This document shows positions 28,574-37,978 of a stretch of DNA of 64,000 nt, in pieces. Position 1 is the stretch's first letter. The number at the start of each line of letters is the position of its first letter. The translations under genes were made by a program, and so were the position numbers. The notes below the pieces were generated by a model, which saw nothing but the letters and a program-made list of their open reading frames with translations, ran no database searches and was not told the DNA's origin. Source of the stretch: Planctomycetota bacterium (lineage in GTDB: Bacteria > Planctomycetota > UBA8108 > SXIK01). Where the stretch lies: assembly GCA_965223265.1 (NCBI GenBank), contig OZ244999.1:3712001-3776000 (forward strand), read 5' to 3'.

Positions 28574-29692
28574 ATGAAAGTCTTGATGATTCCAGATTTC
28601 TCGGCGGGGAATCCTTACCAGGTGCTCCTCAAACGTGCACTCGAGCAGCACGGGTCGGAAGTCGCCTTCGGTCAGTTCGACAGGTTCGCCGGTGCCGTTT
28701 TACGCCCAGCTCTACGCCACGGGTGGCCGAAGGTGCTCCACTTGCACTGGATCCACACCCTGATCATGGGGCGACGCCCATGGATTCGACGCGTCAAAGC
28801 CATCGAAACGATCGCCGAACTTCTGCTGGCAAGACTCCTCGGACGTAAGGTCGTCTGGACGGTTCACAACGTTACCGGACACGAGACAGACCACGCCGAC
28901 GAGCTCGAATTGACGTTCTATCGCTGGGTTGTTCGCGTCGCCAGCGGAGTCATCGTCCACACCCAACACGCCAAGGCAGCTGTGTCGACGGCCTACGGCC
29001 TAAGCCGCCGCTGCACGGACAAGATCCAAGTTGTCCCTCACGGTCACTACGCCGACTGGTACTCAAAAACCGTCTCCCGTGCGGACGCCCGCGCACAGCT
29101 CGGCCTCGCTGAAGACGAACGCGTTGTACTCATCTTCGGCGCGGTCCGCCGCTACAAGGGCATCGCCCGATTCATCGAGCGATTGGGACCGAATCGAAAG
29201 ACGCAGATTCGAATCGTTCTCGCGGGGAATCCTGGTGACGAAGAGATCGCCAAGCAGATGCATCAACTAGCGGCGAGTGAAGAGCGCGTAGTGTTGCGGC
29301 TCGGATTCATCCCTGACGATGAAGTCCAGGTACTGTTTCGCGCCGCGGACATTGTCACTCTGCCGCAGTCTAGATACTTGACTTCCGGAAGCCTGCTCCT
29401 AGCGATGTCATTCGGGTGCCCGCTCCTCCTCTACGATCATGCATTCGCTCGCGAAGTCGTGGGCGACTACGGCGCTATCTACCTTGACGAGGATTCTCAG
29501 AGCACGATCTGCGAGGAGCTCGACAAAGTGAGCGCCGCCGAGCTCGCCAGAATGGGGGAGGCCAACCTGGCAGCGATCGACAGTTTCGGTTGGGACGCCA
29601 TCGGCGCCAAGACTCTCGCGGTTTACGGCAAGAGCGTGCCCGCAGCCGTAAAGCCGAAGCGCTCTCCGCAGGAGTCGTCGTCGCCGACGTAG
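28574..29692 (+). CDS. Glycosyltransferase family 4
   Basis: GNPYQ, LHLHW, VWTVHN, VPHGHY, FGAVRRYKG, TSGSLLLAMSFG; start ATG 28574. Confidence 0.88.
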   Translation: MKVLMIPDFSAGNPYQVLLKRALEQHGSEVAFGQFDRFAGAVLRPALRHGWPKVLHLHWIHTLIMGRRPWIRRVKAIETIAELLLARLLGRKVVWTVHNVTGHETDHADELELTFYRWVVRVASGVIVHTQHAKAAVSTAYGLSRRCTDKIQVVPHGHYADWYSKTVSRADARAQLGLAEDERVVLIFGAVRRYKGIARFIERLGPNRKTQIRIVLAGNPGDEEIAKQMHQLAASEERVVLRLGFIPDDEVQVLFRAADIVTLPQSRYLTSGSLLLAMSFGCPLLLYDHAFAREVVGDYGAIYLDEDSQSTICEELDKVSAAELARMGEANLAAIDSFGWDAIGAKTLAVYGKSVPAAVKPKRSPQESSSPT

Positions 29693-29943
29693 GTCGGTGG
29701 TGGGGCAGGGGCGAACGTCTTTTAGACGCAAGCACGAACAGCGTGGTCGATCCTTTTGTGTGGCACCTATGAGGGGGAGGTGTGAGTTGTGGGGTGACAC
29801 TGTGAAAACTTTCTCGCTCGGCGAAGAATCTCGCTCTCGTCGCTGGGTGATTGTTGTGAAACACCAACGCAGGTGCGCGTCAGCACGAGGAACGCGATTT
29901 GCTTGTTCGTCTGCACAACTTTAAGAATGAGAGGACGGCAATC

Positions 29944-30090
29944 ATGATGCACGTTGACGAACCGAGTACGCCGCCCCAGCAAACCCCCGCCCCAGACACG
30001 GCGACAGCTCGGCTCCTCGTTGACGAGTACGAGGAGCCGAAGCTGGAGCCGCAAAACAAGGAAGAAGAAGGGGATTTCTGGTGTGACTAA
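29944..30090 (+). CDS. Putative RiPP precursor peptide, 48 aa (MMHVDEPSTPPQQTPAPDTATARLLVDEYEEPKLEPQNKEEEGDFWCD)
   Basis: GAGG RBS; YxxPxL motif (YEEPKL); its stop overlaps the start of the PqqD/RRE gene. Confidence 0.65.
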   Translation: MMHVDEPSTPPQQTPAPDTATARLLVDEYEEPKLEPQNKEEEGDFWCD

Positions 30091-30409
30091 CGGCGAGGCT
30101 GTGACCTATCAACTCTGCCCTAACGCCATCGTTTGGCGCCTCGAGGCGCCGGGAGTCTTGGTCTACGACATTTCCAGGGACCGCGTTTTCAATGGCAATC
30201 GCACGGCGCAGATGATTCTCGAAGGTTGTGAGAGCGAAACGCCAATCACGGAAATCGCTGCCCAACTCAGTCGCCGCTTTCAAATCCCCGTCGCGCGCGC
30301 TGACACCGACGTCTGTCGTTTCATGCAGCAGCTTGCCCGCTTCAATCTCGTTCAACCGGTGGAGCGAAGTCATGGAGCCGCTGAATGCCCCGGTCAAGGT
30401 CAGTATTGA
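30083..30409 (+). CDS. PqqD-family RiPP recognition element (RRE)
   Basis: GVLVYDISRDRVFNGNRTAQMILEGC...EIAAQLSRRFQI..ADTDVCRFMQQLARFNLV fits the three-strand, three-helix PqqD pattern; GTG start after AAGGGG. Confidence 0.8.
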   Translation: MTNGEAVTYQLCPNAIVWRLEAPGVLVYDISRDRVFNGNRTAQMILEGCESETPITEIAAQLSRRFQIPVARADTDVCRFMQQLARFNLVQPVERSHGAAECPGQGQY

Positions 30410-30740
30410 TCTGACCTACCGCTGCCCTCTCCGTTGCAGGCACCGCCGCGCCGACACTGGAATGGCTCCCAACTCCTCCGGGGACGAATTGCGACTCGAC
30501 GACATCCGTGCCGTTCTGGAGGATTTGGGACGTATGGGCGTCTTCCGGGTCGCGTTCAGCGGCGGAGAGCCTTTTCTTCGTCCCGACATTGTGAAAATTC
30601 TAGGCCATGCGGCGAACGTCGGGGTCGGGAGAGCGTTCGTCTCAACTTCCGGCATGGCGCTGGACGATCGCAAAGGGCACGCGCTTCGGTCGCTTCGGTG
30701 CGGCTCGCACGCCCGAGCCGTTTTTGCAGTCTTAGCCTAA
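30372..30740 (+). pseudogene. Truncated radical SAM maturase (PqqE/MftC-like N-terminus)
   Basis: APVKVSIDLTYRCPLRCRHR (third Cys codon reads CGC at 30444), FSGGEPFLRPD, VSTSG; stops after about 120 aa with no SPASM domain. Confidence 0.8.
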
Positions 30741-30757
30741 CAGCCCGTACTGTTAGG
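30736..30757. repeat. Perfect 8-bp inverted repeat CCTAACAG-N6-CTGTTAGG at the radical SAM truncation point
   Basis: Read directly from the sequence. Confidence 0.7.
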
Positions 30758-30864
30758 GAACCGATTCTGGAATTCAATCGAAGGGTTCTCGGCGCGAAGT
30801 CGGGTATTTTTGAGACGAACGATTCACTCCACGAGCCTCGAAACCCAGGGATACGGATCTTGCC

Positions 30865-32151
30865 ATGAAGGAACTTCTTTCGAGGGGGCAGTTCCTGTTC
30901 CCGGTCTGCTGCAGCGTCGTTCTCTCCTCTTTCGCGCCCACGATCGCGGATGACCGTGCGAGCCCACGCGGCGTCATCAGACCTTCGCTCGTCCGCCTTC
31001 AACCCGGTGAGACACGAGCCTTCAAGGTGGTGACCCTCGCCACGCGTCTGATGGCGGCGCGCTTGGTCGAAAACGTCGAGTGGTCCGTCAACCACATCGC
31101 TGGCGGTAACGACGAGATCGGTAGAATCGACGGCGCCGGGGTGTACACGGCACCAGGAAAAGTCCCAACGCCGCACGAGGTGCATATCGGCGCGAAGACG
31201 AGTGACACCGCCAACCGCTACCTCTTTGCCACCGTCCTCCTCGGCAAACCGCAACCTGCCTACAAGCTTCTGTGGAGCTGGTCCGAAGTGCCTGAGCGCG
31301 ATGGCCGTCTCGACAAGCCCCACGGCATCGCGTTGGACGTGGACGGCAATCTCCTCATCGCCGACGAGCATGCTTCGCGCGTTATTCGCTACACTCCGAG
31401 AGGCGAGTACCTCAGCGATCTCGGTGGGGGCGAAGGCAGCGAGCGTGGACAGTTCACGAACCCCCGCGAGGTCAAGATCGACGCGGAAGGACGCATCTTC
31501 GTCACCGACAGCAAGGGCGACCGTCCACGCATACAAGTTTTCAGCCGCGACGGTGAGTTCCTGCGCATTTTCGCGGCGAAGGGCACGCGACCTGGCATGA
31601 TTCTTCGCGCCCATGGGATGGCCTTCGATCAAACGCAGCGACTCTTCGTCGTCGACGTGGATAACATGCGCGTGAACGTCTACAGCCACGCGGGCGAGTT
31701 TCTCTACGACTGGGGAAAAGACGGCCCAGACGTCGGCGATTTCAACGCACCGCACGGGCTCGTGGTGGACCCAAGCGGCGACGTCTTTGTCAGCGGCTAC
31801 TACGGCCCGACGCAGAAATTCGATGCTGAAGGAAAGTTCCTCTTCGCTTTTGGCCACGGAGACCCGCCCGATGGCCCCGTCTACTTTCACTCCATGGCTG
31901 GCGACCAGTGGGGGAACGTCTATCTCGCGGTTCGCAACAAGCGTGGCTACGGTGGAGCCGTGCAAACGGATGGCGGTCAACCAGCGTTAAGCATCGTCAA
32001 GTACAACAACAACGGCGACTACGTGACGGGTTGGAGTCTTGAGAATCGCGAACACAGAGAAAACGCTGCCGCCATCGACGACGACGGCAAAGTCTACGCC
32101 CTCTTCGGTGGGCAGGAAGAGGTCGGGGTTCAAGTCTTCGAACCGCAGTAG
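30865..32151 (+). CDS. Secreted NHL-repeat beta-propeller protein with N-terminal Ig-like domain
   Basis: Signal peptide; GVYTAP; repeats LDKPHGIALD, FTNPREVKID, FNAPHGLVVD. Confidence 0.8.
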   Translation: MKELLSRGQFLFPVCCSVVLSSFAPTIADDRASPRGVIRPSLVRLQPGETRAFKVVTLATRLMAARLVENVEWSVNHIAGGNDEIGRIDGAGVYTAPGKVPTPHEVHIGAKTSDTANRYLFATVLLGKPQPAYKLLWSWSEVPERDGRLDKPHGIALDVDGNLLIADEHASRVIRYTPRGEYLSDLGGGEGSERGQFTNPREVKIDAEGRIFVTDSKGDRPRIQVFSRDGEFLRIFAAKGTRPGMILRAHGMAFDQTQRLFVVDVDNMRVNVYSHAGEFLYDWGKDGPDVGDFNAPHGLVVDPSGDVFVSGYYGPTQKFDAEGKFLFAFGHGDPPDGPVYFHSMAGDQWGNVYLAVRNKRGYGGAVQTDGGQPALSIVKYNNNGDYVTGWSLENREHRENAAAIDDDGKVYALFGGQEEVGVQVFEPQ

Positions 32152-32164
32152 GCGCCGCCTGATT

Positions 32165-34228
32165 TCACTGCGACGAGCCCTCGGCTCGCCCTGCCTTAGC
32201 GCAGAGGCGGTTCAGCGCCGATGCAGAAAAGATCAGCGGATAAAGCTTCTCGTAGTACCATAGGTTCGCGAAATAAAAACCGATAGGTGTCGGCCGCTCG
32301 AGGCAGCCGGATGCAACCGCGCTCAGGAGCCACTCCGCGCCGCGCTCGATCCGTGCACTGTGCCGCCCCAAAGCGCCATCCGACTCCGTGAGTGCGCTGA
32401 GGGCCATCGCGGTCTCTTCCACCGACGAAATCATCGGCGCGGGCGCGGGAGCACGCCCACAGGCTGAGGCCGCGACGCCGTCGCCACCCCAGCCTCCATC
32501 GCGCTGCTGGACGCCCGCGAGCCAATCGCTCCCACGCTTGACCATCGCCGCGATCGTGCCCGCATCAGCCCAGCCATGACAAGCGCGCTCCCTCGGAGAC
32601 CCCGGTGTCACAAGTCGCGCCAGCGCATCGAGAACACGGGACGTTCCGTAGACAGGATTCTCGAATCCCTCGGCAACTTCATTGCCGAACCAAAGCGGCA
32701 CCCACGCCCCGTCACCACGCTGCGCCCGTTCGAGGTAGGCGACCAAACGGCGAGCGGCACGGTCGACACGCGCGCCGAGCGCCGGCTCCAACTCGTGGCG
32801 CCAAACAGAAAACGCCGCCAGAACGTGCGCCGAGAGATCAGCGCCGCTGCGATCGAACGGCAAGTTTCCCCAGCCGCGGCAAAACGTCGGGATGCCGCCG
32901 TCGCGATTCTGCACTCCCAGGAGCCAGTGGACGCCACGCGCAGCAGCCTCGCGCACGCGTGAGTGTTCGCGTGAGTGCTCGCGCGGCAGAGCGTTGAGCG
33001 CGAGAAGCGCCCCGGCGGTGTCGTCCGCGTCGGGCACTCCACCGCTCAGATCCGTCCACGCCCAACCGCCCGGTGGTGACATCGTGTAGAAGTGAACGTC
33101 GCGGTACTGCTGCTCAAGCAGCCAGCTCCGCACCGACGCCGCGTCCAGCGCTTCAATTTGATGCTGTGGCCCCGCAGCCAAAGCGTTCACACTGAGCGTC
33201 GTCACCCACGTTGCCAGGTTGGTGTCAATCGGCCAGCTTCCATCATCCCGCACCGAGGACTCGAGAAACCGGATCGCCGACCTCGTCACCGGATGCTCGC
33301 TCTGGCCGCAGCCCGCCAGGCTCATGGCGACGAACGACGTCAGTGGCACGGCCTCGAGAAAGCCGCCGCTTTCGGGTTGAATCGTCTGCAGTAGCCTGAG
33401 CGTTCGCCGTCGCGTCTTGTTGCGAACCGCGCGTGAGAACGGATTCGACGTCGGCAAATGGTGATGCCGCACTTGTCCGATCGCGATGAGCGCTGGAAGC
33501 GCATAACTCACGACGGGCAAACCGAGAAATCTGAACCACGAGCGAGGCAGCGATGCGAGCTCGAAGGGAAGCTGCTTCACGAGATGCCAAGCTTCCTTCT
33601 CCGAACCGAGCGCACCGGCAAGCGCACAGTGGGTCAGAATCGGAACGGAAAACGTGCGATCTTCGCCATAGGACGAGGTGATCGCCGCTGCCAGCGAGCT
33701 CACATCGTCACCACCCACCGCCGCGTCGATCCACGCTCGTGCCCGATCGATCGCGATGCGCTCTGCGTCGCCCGACTTCCCAGCGCACACGAGCGCGGCC
33801 CAGCATAGGGTCGTTGTGCTCAGGTTGCTCCGACTGCGCACCGTATCTCCCCAACCGCCGTCGTCGTTTGCATGTTCGACGAGCCAAGAGAGGCCTCGCT
33901 CGACGAGTCGTGCGTGCGAAGCAGCACCCGAAGGCACTTCTTCAGGCGTCACCCGCTCGGCGTCAAACATCGTCAGTGCCAGAGACGCAGTGGCAGTTGA
34001 CAGCGCGCTCGTCGAGAGTTCACCACTCCAGTGGGAGTGGTCTTGACGCGCAAGAAGCAGATCGACAACCTCGTCACGTGCTTTTTCTAACCGAGCAATC
34101 AACTGCGGCGAAAAACTAATGTTGGAGGTCACAGGTGTGTCGTCAAGTAGCTGTTTCGTGAACCGAGCGGACCGATTTGCGCCAAAAGGCGAGTGCACAC
34201 GAGGTGAAGAACGTGAAACATCATCCAA
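32165..34228 (-). CDS. Squalene-hopene cyclase-like class II terpene cyclase (true start may lie about 30 codons downstream)
   Basis: Catalytic VPDADDTA (DxDD); QW-type repeats NDDGGWG, QPESGGF, RDDGSWP, QNRDGG, QRGDGAW, QQRDGGWG; PIGFYFANLWYYEKLYP. Confidence 0.85.
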   Translation of the reverse strand: MDDVSRSSPRVHSPFGANRSARFTKQLLDDTPVTSNISFSPQLIARLEKARDEVVDLLLARQDHSHWSGELSTSALSTATASLALTMFDAERVTPEEVPSGAASHARLVERGLSWLVEHANDDGGWGDTVRSRSNLSTTTLCWAALVCAGKSGDAERIAIDRARAWIDAAVGGDDVSSLAAAITSSYGEDRTFSVPILTHCALAGALGSEKEAWHLVKQLPFELASLPRSWFRFLGLPVVSYALPALIAIGQVRHHHLPTSNPFSRAVRNKTRRRTLRLLQTIQPESGGFLEAVPLTSFVAMSLAGCGQSEHPVTRSAIRFLESSVRDDGSWPIDTNLATWVTTLSVNALAAGPQHQIEALDAASVRSWLLEQQYRDVHFYTMSPPGGWAWTDLSGGVPDADDTAGALLALNALPREHSREHSRVREAAARGVHWLLGVQNRDGGIPTFCRGWGNLPFDRSGADLSAHVLAAFSVWRHELEPALGARVDRAARRLVAYLERAQRGDGAWVPLWFGNEVAEGFENPVYGTSRVLDALARLVTPGSPRERACHGWADAGTIAAMVKRGSDWLAGVQQRDGGWGGDGVAASACGRAPAPAPMISSVEETAMALSALTESDGALGRHSARIERGAEWLLSAVASGCLERPTPIGFYFANLWYYEKLYPLIFSASALNRLCAKAGRAEGSSQ

Positions 34229-34270
34229 CAGCTCGCTGACTGGCCAGCCTGAAGTTGTGGGCGAGAGGCA

Positions 34271-35230
34271 TCACTCGACGAGCGCCAAATGACCCAAGGC
34301 GAGGAGACCGTAGTACGTGTATTCGCAATCTAGGACATCGTCAGCCCAATGGCCGAGAAAGCCGCCACGGTTTGTCCACAATGAGTCGACGAAGTCGAGA
34401 CACGGCTCTCTGAGGTGGTCGAACGATCGCTGCTGGCCGGCAAGAGCGTGCAGCGCCGTTGCCGTCGACAAGAGATCAGGTAACGGTGTCGCCGGCGCGG
34501 CGCGAAAGCCGCCCTCCACATAGCACGCGTCCAGGAGCCACTTGCCGACGTCGTGCTCCAGAGTGAACTCGAGGTGCCGAGCGATCGTCGCGGCGGCGGC
34601 GGCGGCCGGCGTCGTGCCGCTGAGCGCTGCTGGCTGATTGCCGTACGATCCGTCCGCGGTTTCCATCGCCTGCACAGTCGCGGCAGCGCGTTCTCTGTCG
34701 AGGAGCCCAGGAGCGGAGTCAAAGGGTGCGTCCTGTTCGATCCCAAGCATCAAAAACACATCGTAAACGGTTTCGAACTCGCGCTCGGTTTCGAAACGAG
34801 GACTCGGAGCGGCGCCGGAGCCTGACGCCGTGGTGGCATCACGCTCGGACGGCTCTCCTTCAGCGCCGCCGCGACGCAGCCGACGCGCGTGATCACGAAG
34901 GCGTAGACACTTGTCGGCCTCGAGCGACGCGTCCGGAAGACTCGCCCAAGCACGCGCCAGGCACGCCAGGTGGACGAGATCGAGTCCCTCTCCGTCGCCG
35001 AACTCCTGCAGGTACGCAGCGATCTGCTTGCTCGGAATGTCTGCCTGAAGCGCCAGAAGACACTCGATGCCGAAAACCGTGTAGTAAAGATCGGCCTTCT
35101 CTTCCCGATCCGCGAAACCACCCTCGGGGAGCAGACGGCTCAGGACAAAGTCGCGAACGAGTTCGCTCGAGTCATGCAGAAGCCGTGGCGCCAGCCTGGC
35201 TACCTGCAGCATTTCGAGCCTCAAACTCAT
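34271..35230 (-). CDS. Prenyltransferase/squalene-oxidase-repeat (alpha/alpha-barrel) protein
   Basis: PEGGF..ADLYYT, ADGSYG, EGGF..PDLLSTATA, RGGF..DCEYTYYGLLALG repeats; no DxDD motif. Confidence 0.75.
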   Translation of the reverse strand: MSLRLEMLQVARLAPRLLHDSSELVRDFVLSRLLPEGGFADREEKADLYYTVFGIECLLALQADIPSKQIAAYLQEFGDGEGLDLVHLACLARAWASLPDASLEADKCLRLRDHARRLRRGGAEGEPSERDATTASGSGAAPSPRFETEREFETVYDVFLMLGIEQDAPFDSAPGLLDRERAAATVQAMETADGSYGNQPAALSGTTPAAAAAATIARHLEFTLEHDVGKWLLDACYVEGGFRAAPATPLPDLLSTATALHALAGQQRSFDHLREPCLDFVDSLWTNRGGFLGHWADDVLDCEYTYYGLLALGHLALVE

Positions 35231-36911
35231 TGCACCAACCTTTGATCTCGAGGTCGCCGAACACCTTGCCGAGGACGCGCCGCAGAAGCCCTTTCACGCT
35301 GGCATGCTCCACCCCCCAAAGTGTGCGTGTCGCTTCGTCCTTGTACGCCTCGAAGAGCTCTCGGCAACGCTCCTCGACGCCCAAGCGTGCCATCCTCTCA
35401 AGGATCTCCTGTGCATCAACACGATCGATCTCGCGTCGCCACAGCTTGCCGAAAAACTCACGATCTCGGCCTTTGGCACGGTCGTACGCCACCGCCAACG
35501 GCAACGTCGGCCGCAGCGCGACAAGATCGCTCGCTTCACTCGTGTCCGCAAGATCGTTCAGGTCATCCTGGATCTGATAAGCGATGCCCAGCGCGCGACT
35601 GAAATCCTCAATCGATGCGTCAAGACCCGTCTGGCCAGCAAGAACAGCGCCGAGCTTGAGCGCCACCTCGAAAGCTGGCGCTGTTTTCTCACGGAAAATA
35701 TTGACAACTTCGAGGGGAGCGAGCGGTCGCGGATCACGCGCCCAACAGAGCTCCGCCCCTTGGCCGCGGCAGAGCGTTCGATGTCCCACGGAGGCGACGC
35801 GTACGAGCTCCGCTATGGTCGCTCCGTCGGCTCCCGTGAGTGCGAGTTGACGGTAGCCCTCGCCGATCAAAAAGTCGCCAACATTAAGCGCCACAGCGAC
35901 CCCATACTCTGCGTGGAGGGTCTGCTCGCCGTAGCGGAGTGCATCCTCGTCCTCGATGTCGTCGTGAATCAGACTCGCCTTGTGAAAACACTCCACCGCG
36001 ATCGACACCCGCTTGAGGGCCTCGGAAGGCTCAGCTTGTGAATCGTCGTGCAGCGCCTGAAACACCGCTGCGGTGAGAAAGGGGCGCCATCGTTTGCCGC
36101 TGCGCGCCAGCCACTCGAGGGCGATCGATTCCGTCTCCCCTGCAGGTGCACCGAGATGCTTCTCTATAGTTTCAGAGTCGAACCAGCCACGCACTTCGTC
36201 GCGTAGTGCTGTCAGGTTGAGGCGTCGCGTCTTGTCTTCGCTGGTCAACTGAATCACGTCCCAGATCCACTCGAGATCCACGGATGTATCCACGCAGTCG
36301 TCTTGCAGTAGCGGAATGGCGACACCAGGAATTGCCGCAGCCTCCATGAAAGGAAAAGCACGCTCGAGAACACTGAGGCAACTGACGCCGACGATCGCAT
36401 CGATCTTACCCGTCTCGATGATCGCCATAACGATCGGCGAGCCCTCCGCCACCAAGACGGCGTAGCCAAGTCTCTCAGCTTCCGTCTGCAAGTCCTGAAT
36501 CGAACACATGCCGCACTTCTTGCACAGAAGGCCGAACTCGTCAAACGGCGCCGGGCAGTGCGCCTCGACGCGAAGACACTTGGGCAGCAGAAGCAGCCGT
36601 CGCTCGTACGGAATTGAAGCGAGGGTTTCGCGCCAGAGCTCGTTATTGATGAGTACAGCAGCGAAATCGAGGAACTTCGCGTCAACGTTTTCGACGGCGA
36701 CAAACTCTTGAGCCGCCTCCCTCAGGCCGGTCATCGGAATCGGCGGGACCAGTTCGCGACGCGCGACAAAAGACGCGACTTTGCGACGGACCCACTCCCG
36801 CTGCTCACGCGTGGCGGGAATGTTTTCTTGAGGCGCACGAGTGGGCGGCTGTGCAGCAAGAGTCGGCAGGATCTTGAGCGGGCTCGACAACGTGTTTCTC
36901 CAGTTCGACAA
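35172..36911 (-). CDS. DUF116-like Cys-rich domain fused to a polyprenyl diphosphate synthase
   Basis: N-half LLLLPKCLR..CPA..CKKCGMC..AEGS..VGVSC..DC; C-half GKRWRP, FARM DDIED, KT, SARM QIQDDLND. Confidence 0.85.
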   Translation of the reverse strand: MSNWRNTLSSPLKILPTLAAQPPTRAPQENIPATREQREWVRRKVASFVARRELVPPIPMTGLREAAQEFVAVENVDAKFLDFAAVLINNELWRETLASIPYERRLLLLPKCLRVEAHCPAPFDEFGLLCKKCGMCSIQDLQTEAERLGYAVLVAEGSPIVMAIIETGKIDAIVGVSCLSVLERAFPFMEAAAIPGVAIPLLQDDCVDTSVDLEWIWDVIQLTSEDKTRRLNLTALRDEVRGWFDSETIEKHLGAPAGETESIALEWLARSGKRWRPFLTAAVFQALHDDSQAEPSEALKRVSIAVECFHKASLIHDDIEDEDALRYGEQTLHAEYGVAVALNVGDFLIGEGYRQLALTGADGATIAELVRVASVGHRTLCRGQGAELCWARDPRPLAPLEVVNIFREKTAPAFEVALKLGAVLAGQTGLDASIEDFSRALGIAYQIQDDLNDLADTSEASDLVALRPTLPLAVAYDRAKGRDREFFGKLWRREIDRVDAQEILERMARLGVEERCRELFEAYKDEATRTLWGVEHASVKGLLRRVLGKVFGDLEIKGWCNEFEARNAAGSQAGATASA

Positions 36912-37105
36912 TCAGTCCCGTCGCCGCGGCGCCATGAACCAGTTCATGACAGGTTCTGAAGACGCCATCGAGCAGCCACACGCGTAAAATCGGGCGACCG
37001 ACTCAGGACATGGCATAAAGGAAGTATTGTAATCAAAGAGATGAGAGGCGGGAACGATTTTTCGTCTCGTGCGGCCCACATGTGCGACCTCGAGAGCGCA
37101 CCCGC

Positions 37106-37978
37106 TCAGTCGGTCGTACCCGGCGGAGGCATTTCGCCCGCGCTTCTCTCCGCCGCGGCCTCCGCCTTCTGCTTGATTTGATCAAGCGACGGCAGCGACA
37201 TCAGAACTTCCTGCGGGATGTCGAGATCGCCCTGGAGTTTCTTAAGACAGCGCATGCGCTCCTTGAGCGCCTTCGTCTCGTCGCGCTCTTTGCTGAAGCG
37301 GGATGCAGCGCGCTCGTGGCGTTCGCGCAGCATGCTGTAGATGTCACCGCCGAGAAGAGCTGACACGTCGACCTTCATCTTCTCGCGCTCGACATCGGCT
37401 TCCTTCACCTCGTCGCCGTTGATCGGCCCGGCGTTGTACTTCGGGAAAAGGATCGCCACCTCAGGGCAGACGCGAGAACATGCCGGACAGTTGGTCTTAC
37501 ACTTGTCAGGGTTGCGCACCTCGATTTCGCTGTCTGCATCAACGCCGTAGACGTCGAAGAGACAAAAACTGAGGCACTGCATGCAGTTCGTGCAGCGCTG
37601 ATAATCGATCACGGGAAACCACGGCTTCCACTCGCCTGGGACGTAGGCGCCAAGCTCCGCTCGAGTCTGTTCGACAGCTGCCACGATCGCTTCCGGCGCT
37701 AGACCGCGGATCTCTAGGACACGCACATCGACATTCGCCCCAGCGGCAGTCTCGCCGACAAGCTTGCCCGGCGCTGCGTCTGACACTCCCTCGCCGAGCA
37801 GCACCAGATGACTCGCATCGGCTGCGGCAACCTGTCCGGTGCCGCGTGTCGACGTCACCGAAAACCCTGCCACGAGGAGCGCTTCAATCACTTCAGCGCG
37901 GCGAGCGTCGTCGAGCTCCTGCCCCTCAGTTCCTTCTTGAAGTAGCAACCGAAGAGGCGCACTTGTCGCTGTGCTCAT
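37106..37978 (-). CDS. 2x[4Fe-4S] ferredoxin-domain protein
   Basis: WFPVIDYQRCTNCMQCLSFC and CKTNCPACSRVCP; start ATG 37978 overlaps the upstream stop (ATGA). Confidence 0.85.
   Translation of the reverse strand: MSTATSAPLRLLLQEGTEGQELDDARRAEVIEALLVAGFSVTSTRGTGQVAAADASHLVLLGEGVSDAAPGKLVGETAAGANVDVRVLEIRGLAPEAIVAAVEQTRAELGAYVPGEWKPWFPVIDYQRCTNCMQCLSFCLFDVYGVDADSEIEVRNPDKCKTNCPACSRVCPEVAILFPKYNAGPINGDEVKEADVEREKMKVDVSALLGGDIYSMLRERHERAASRFSKERDETKALKERMRCLKKLQGDLDIPQEVLMSLPSLDQIKQKAEAAAERSAGEMPPPGTTD

Noticed and set aside
29944-30740. PQQ, mycofactocin or lasso-peptide biosynthesis
   Set aside because: The peptide lacks the PqqA ExxxY and MftA IDGMCGVY cores; no pqqBC, mftDEF, lasso cyclase or peptidase is present
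30556-31980. 474-aa minus-strand ORF, and similar long antisense ORFs (41451-42428, 50213-51448, 27125-28156, 60614-61618)
   Set aside because: Shadow frames of well-supported genes in high-GC DNA, with no motifs
32955-32985. 12-bp tandem duplication (REHSREHSR) in the cyclase
   Set aside because: In-frame duplication in a probable loop; likely neutral slippage
32165-34228. Canonical hopanoid shc locus
   Set aside because: No hpnCDE or hpnGH neighbours; family membership is accepted but the substrate is not assigned
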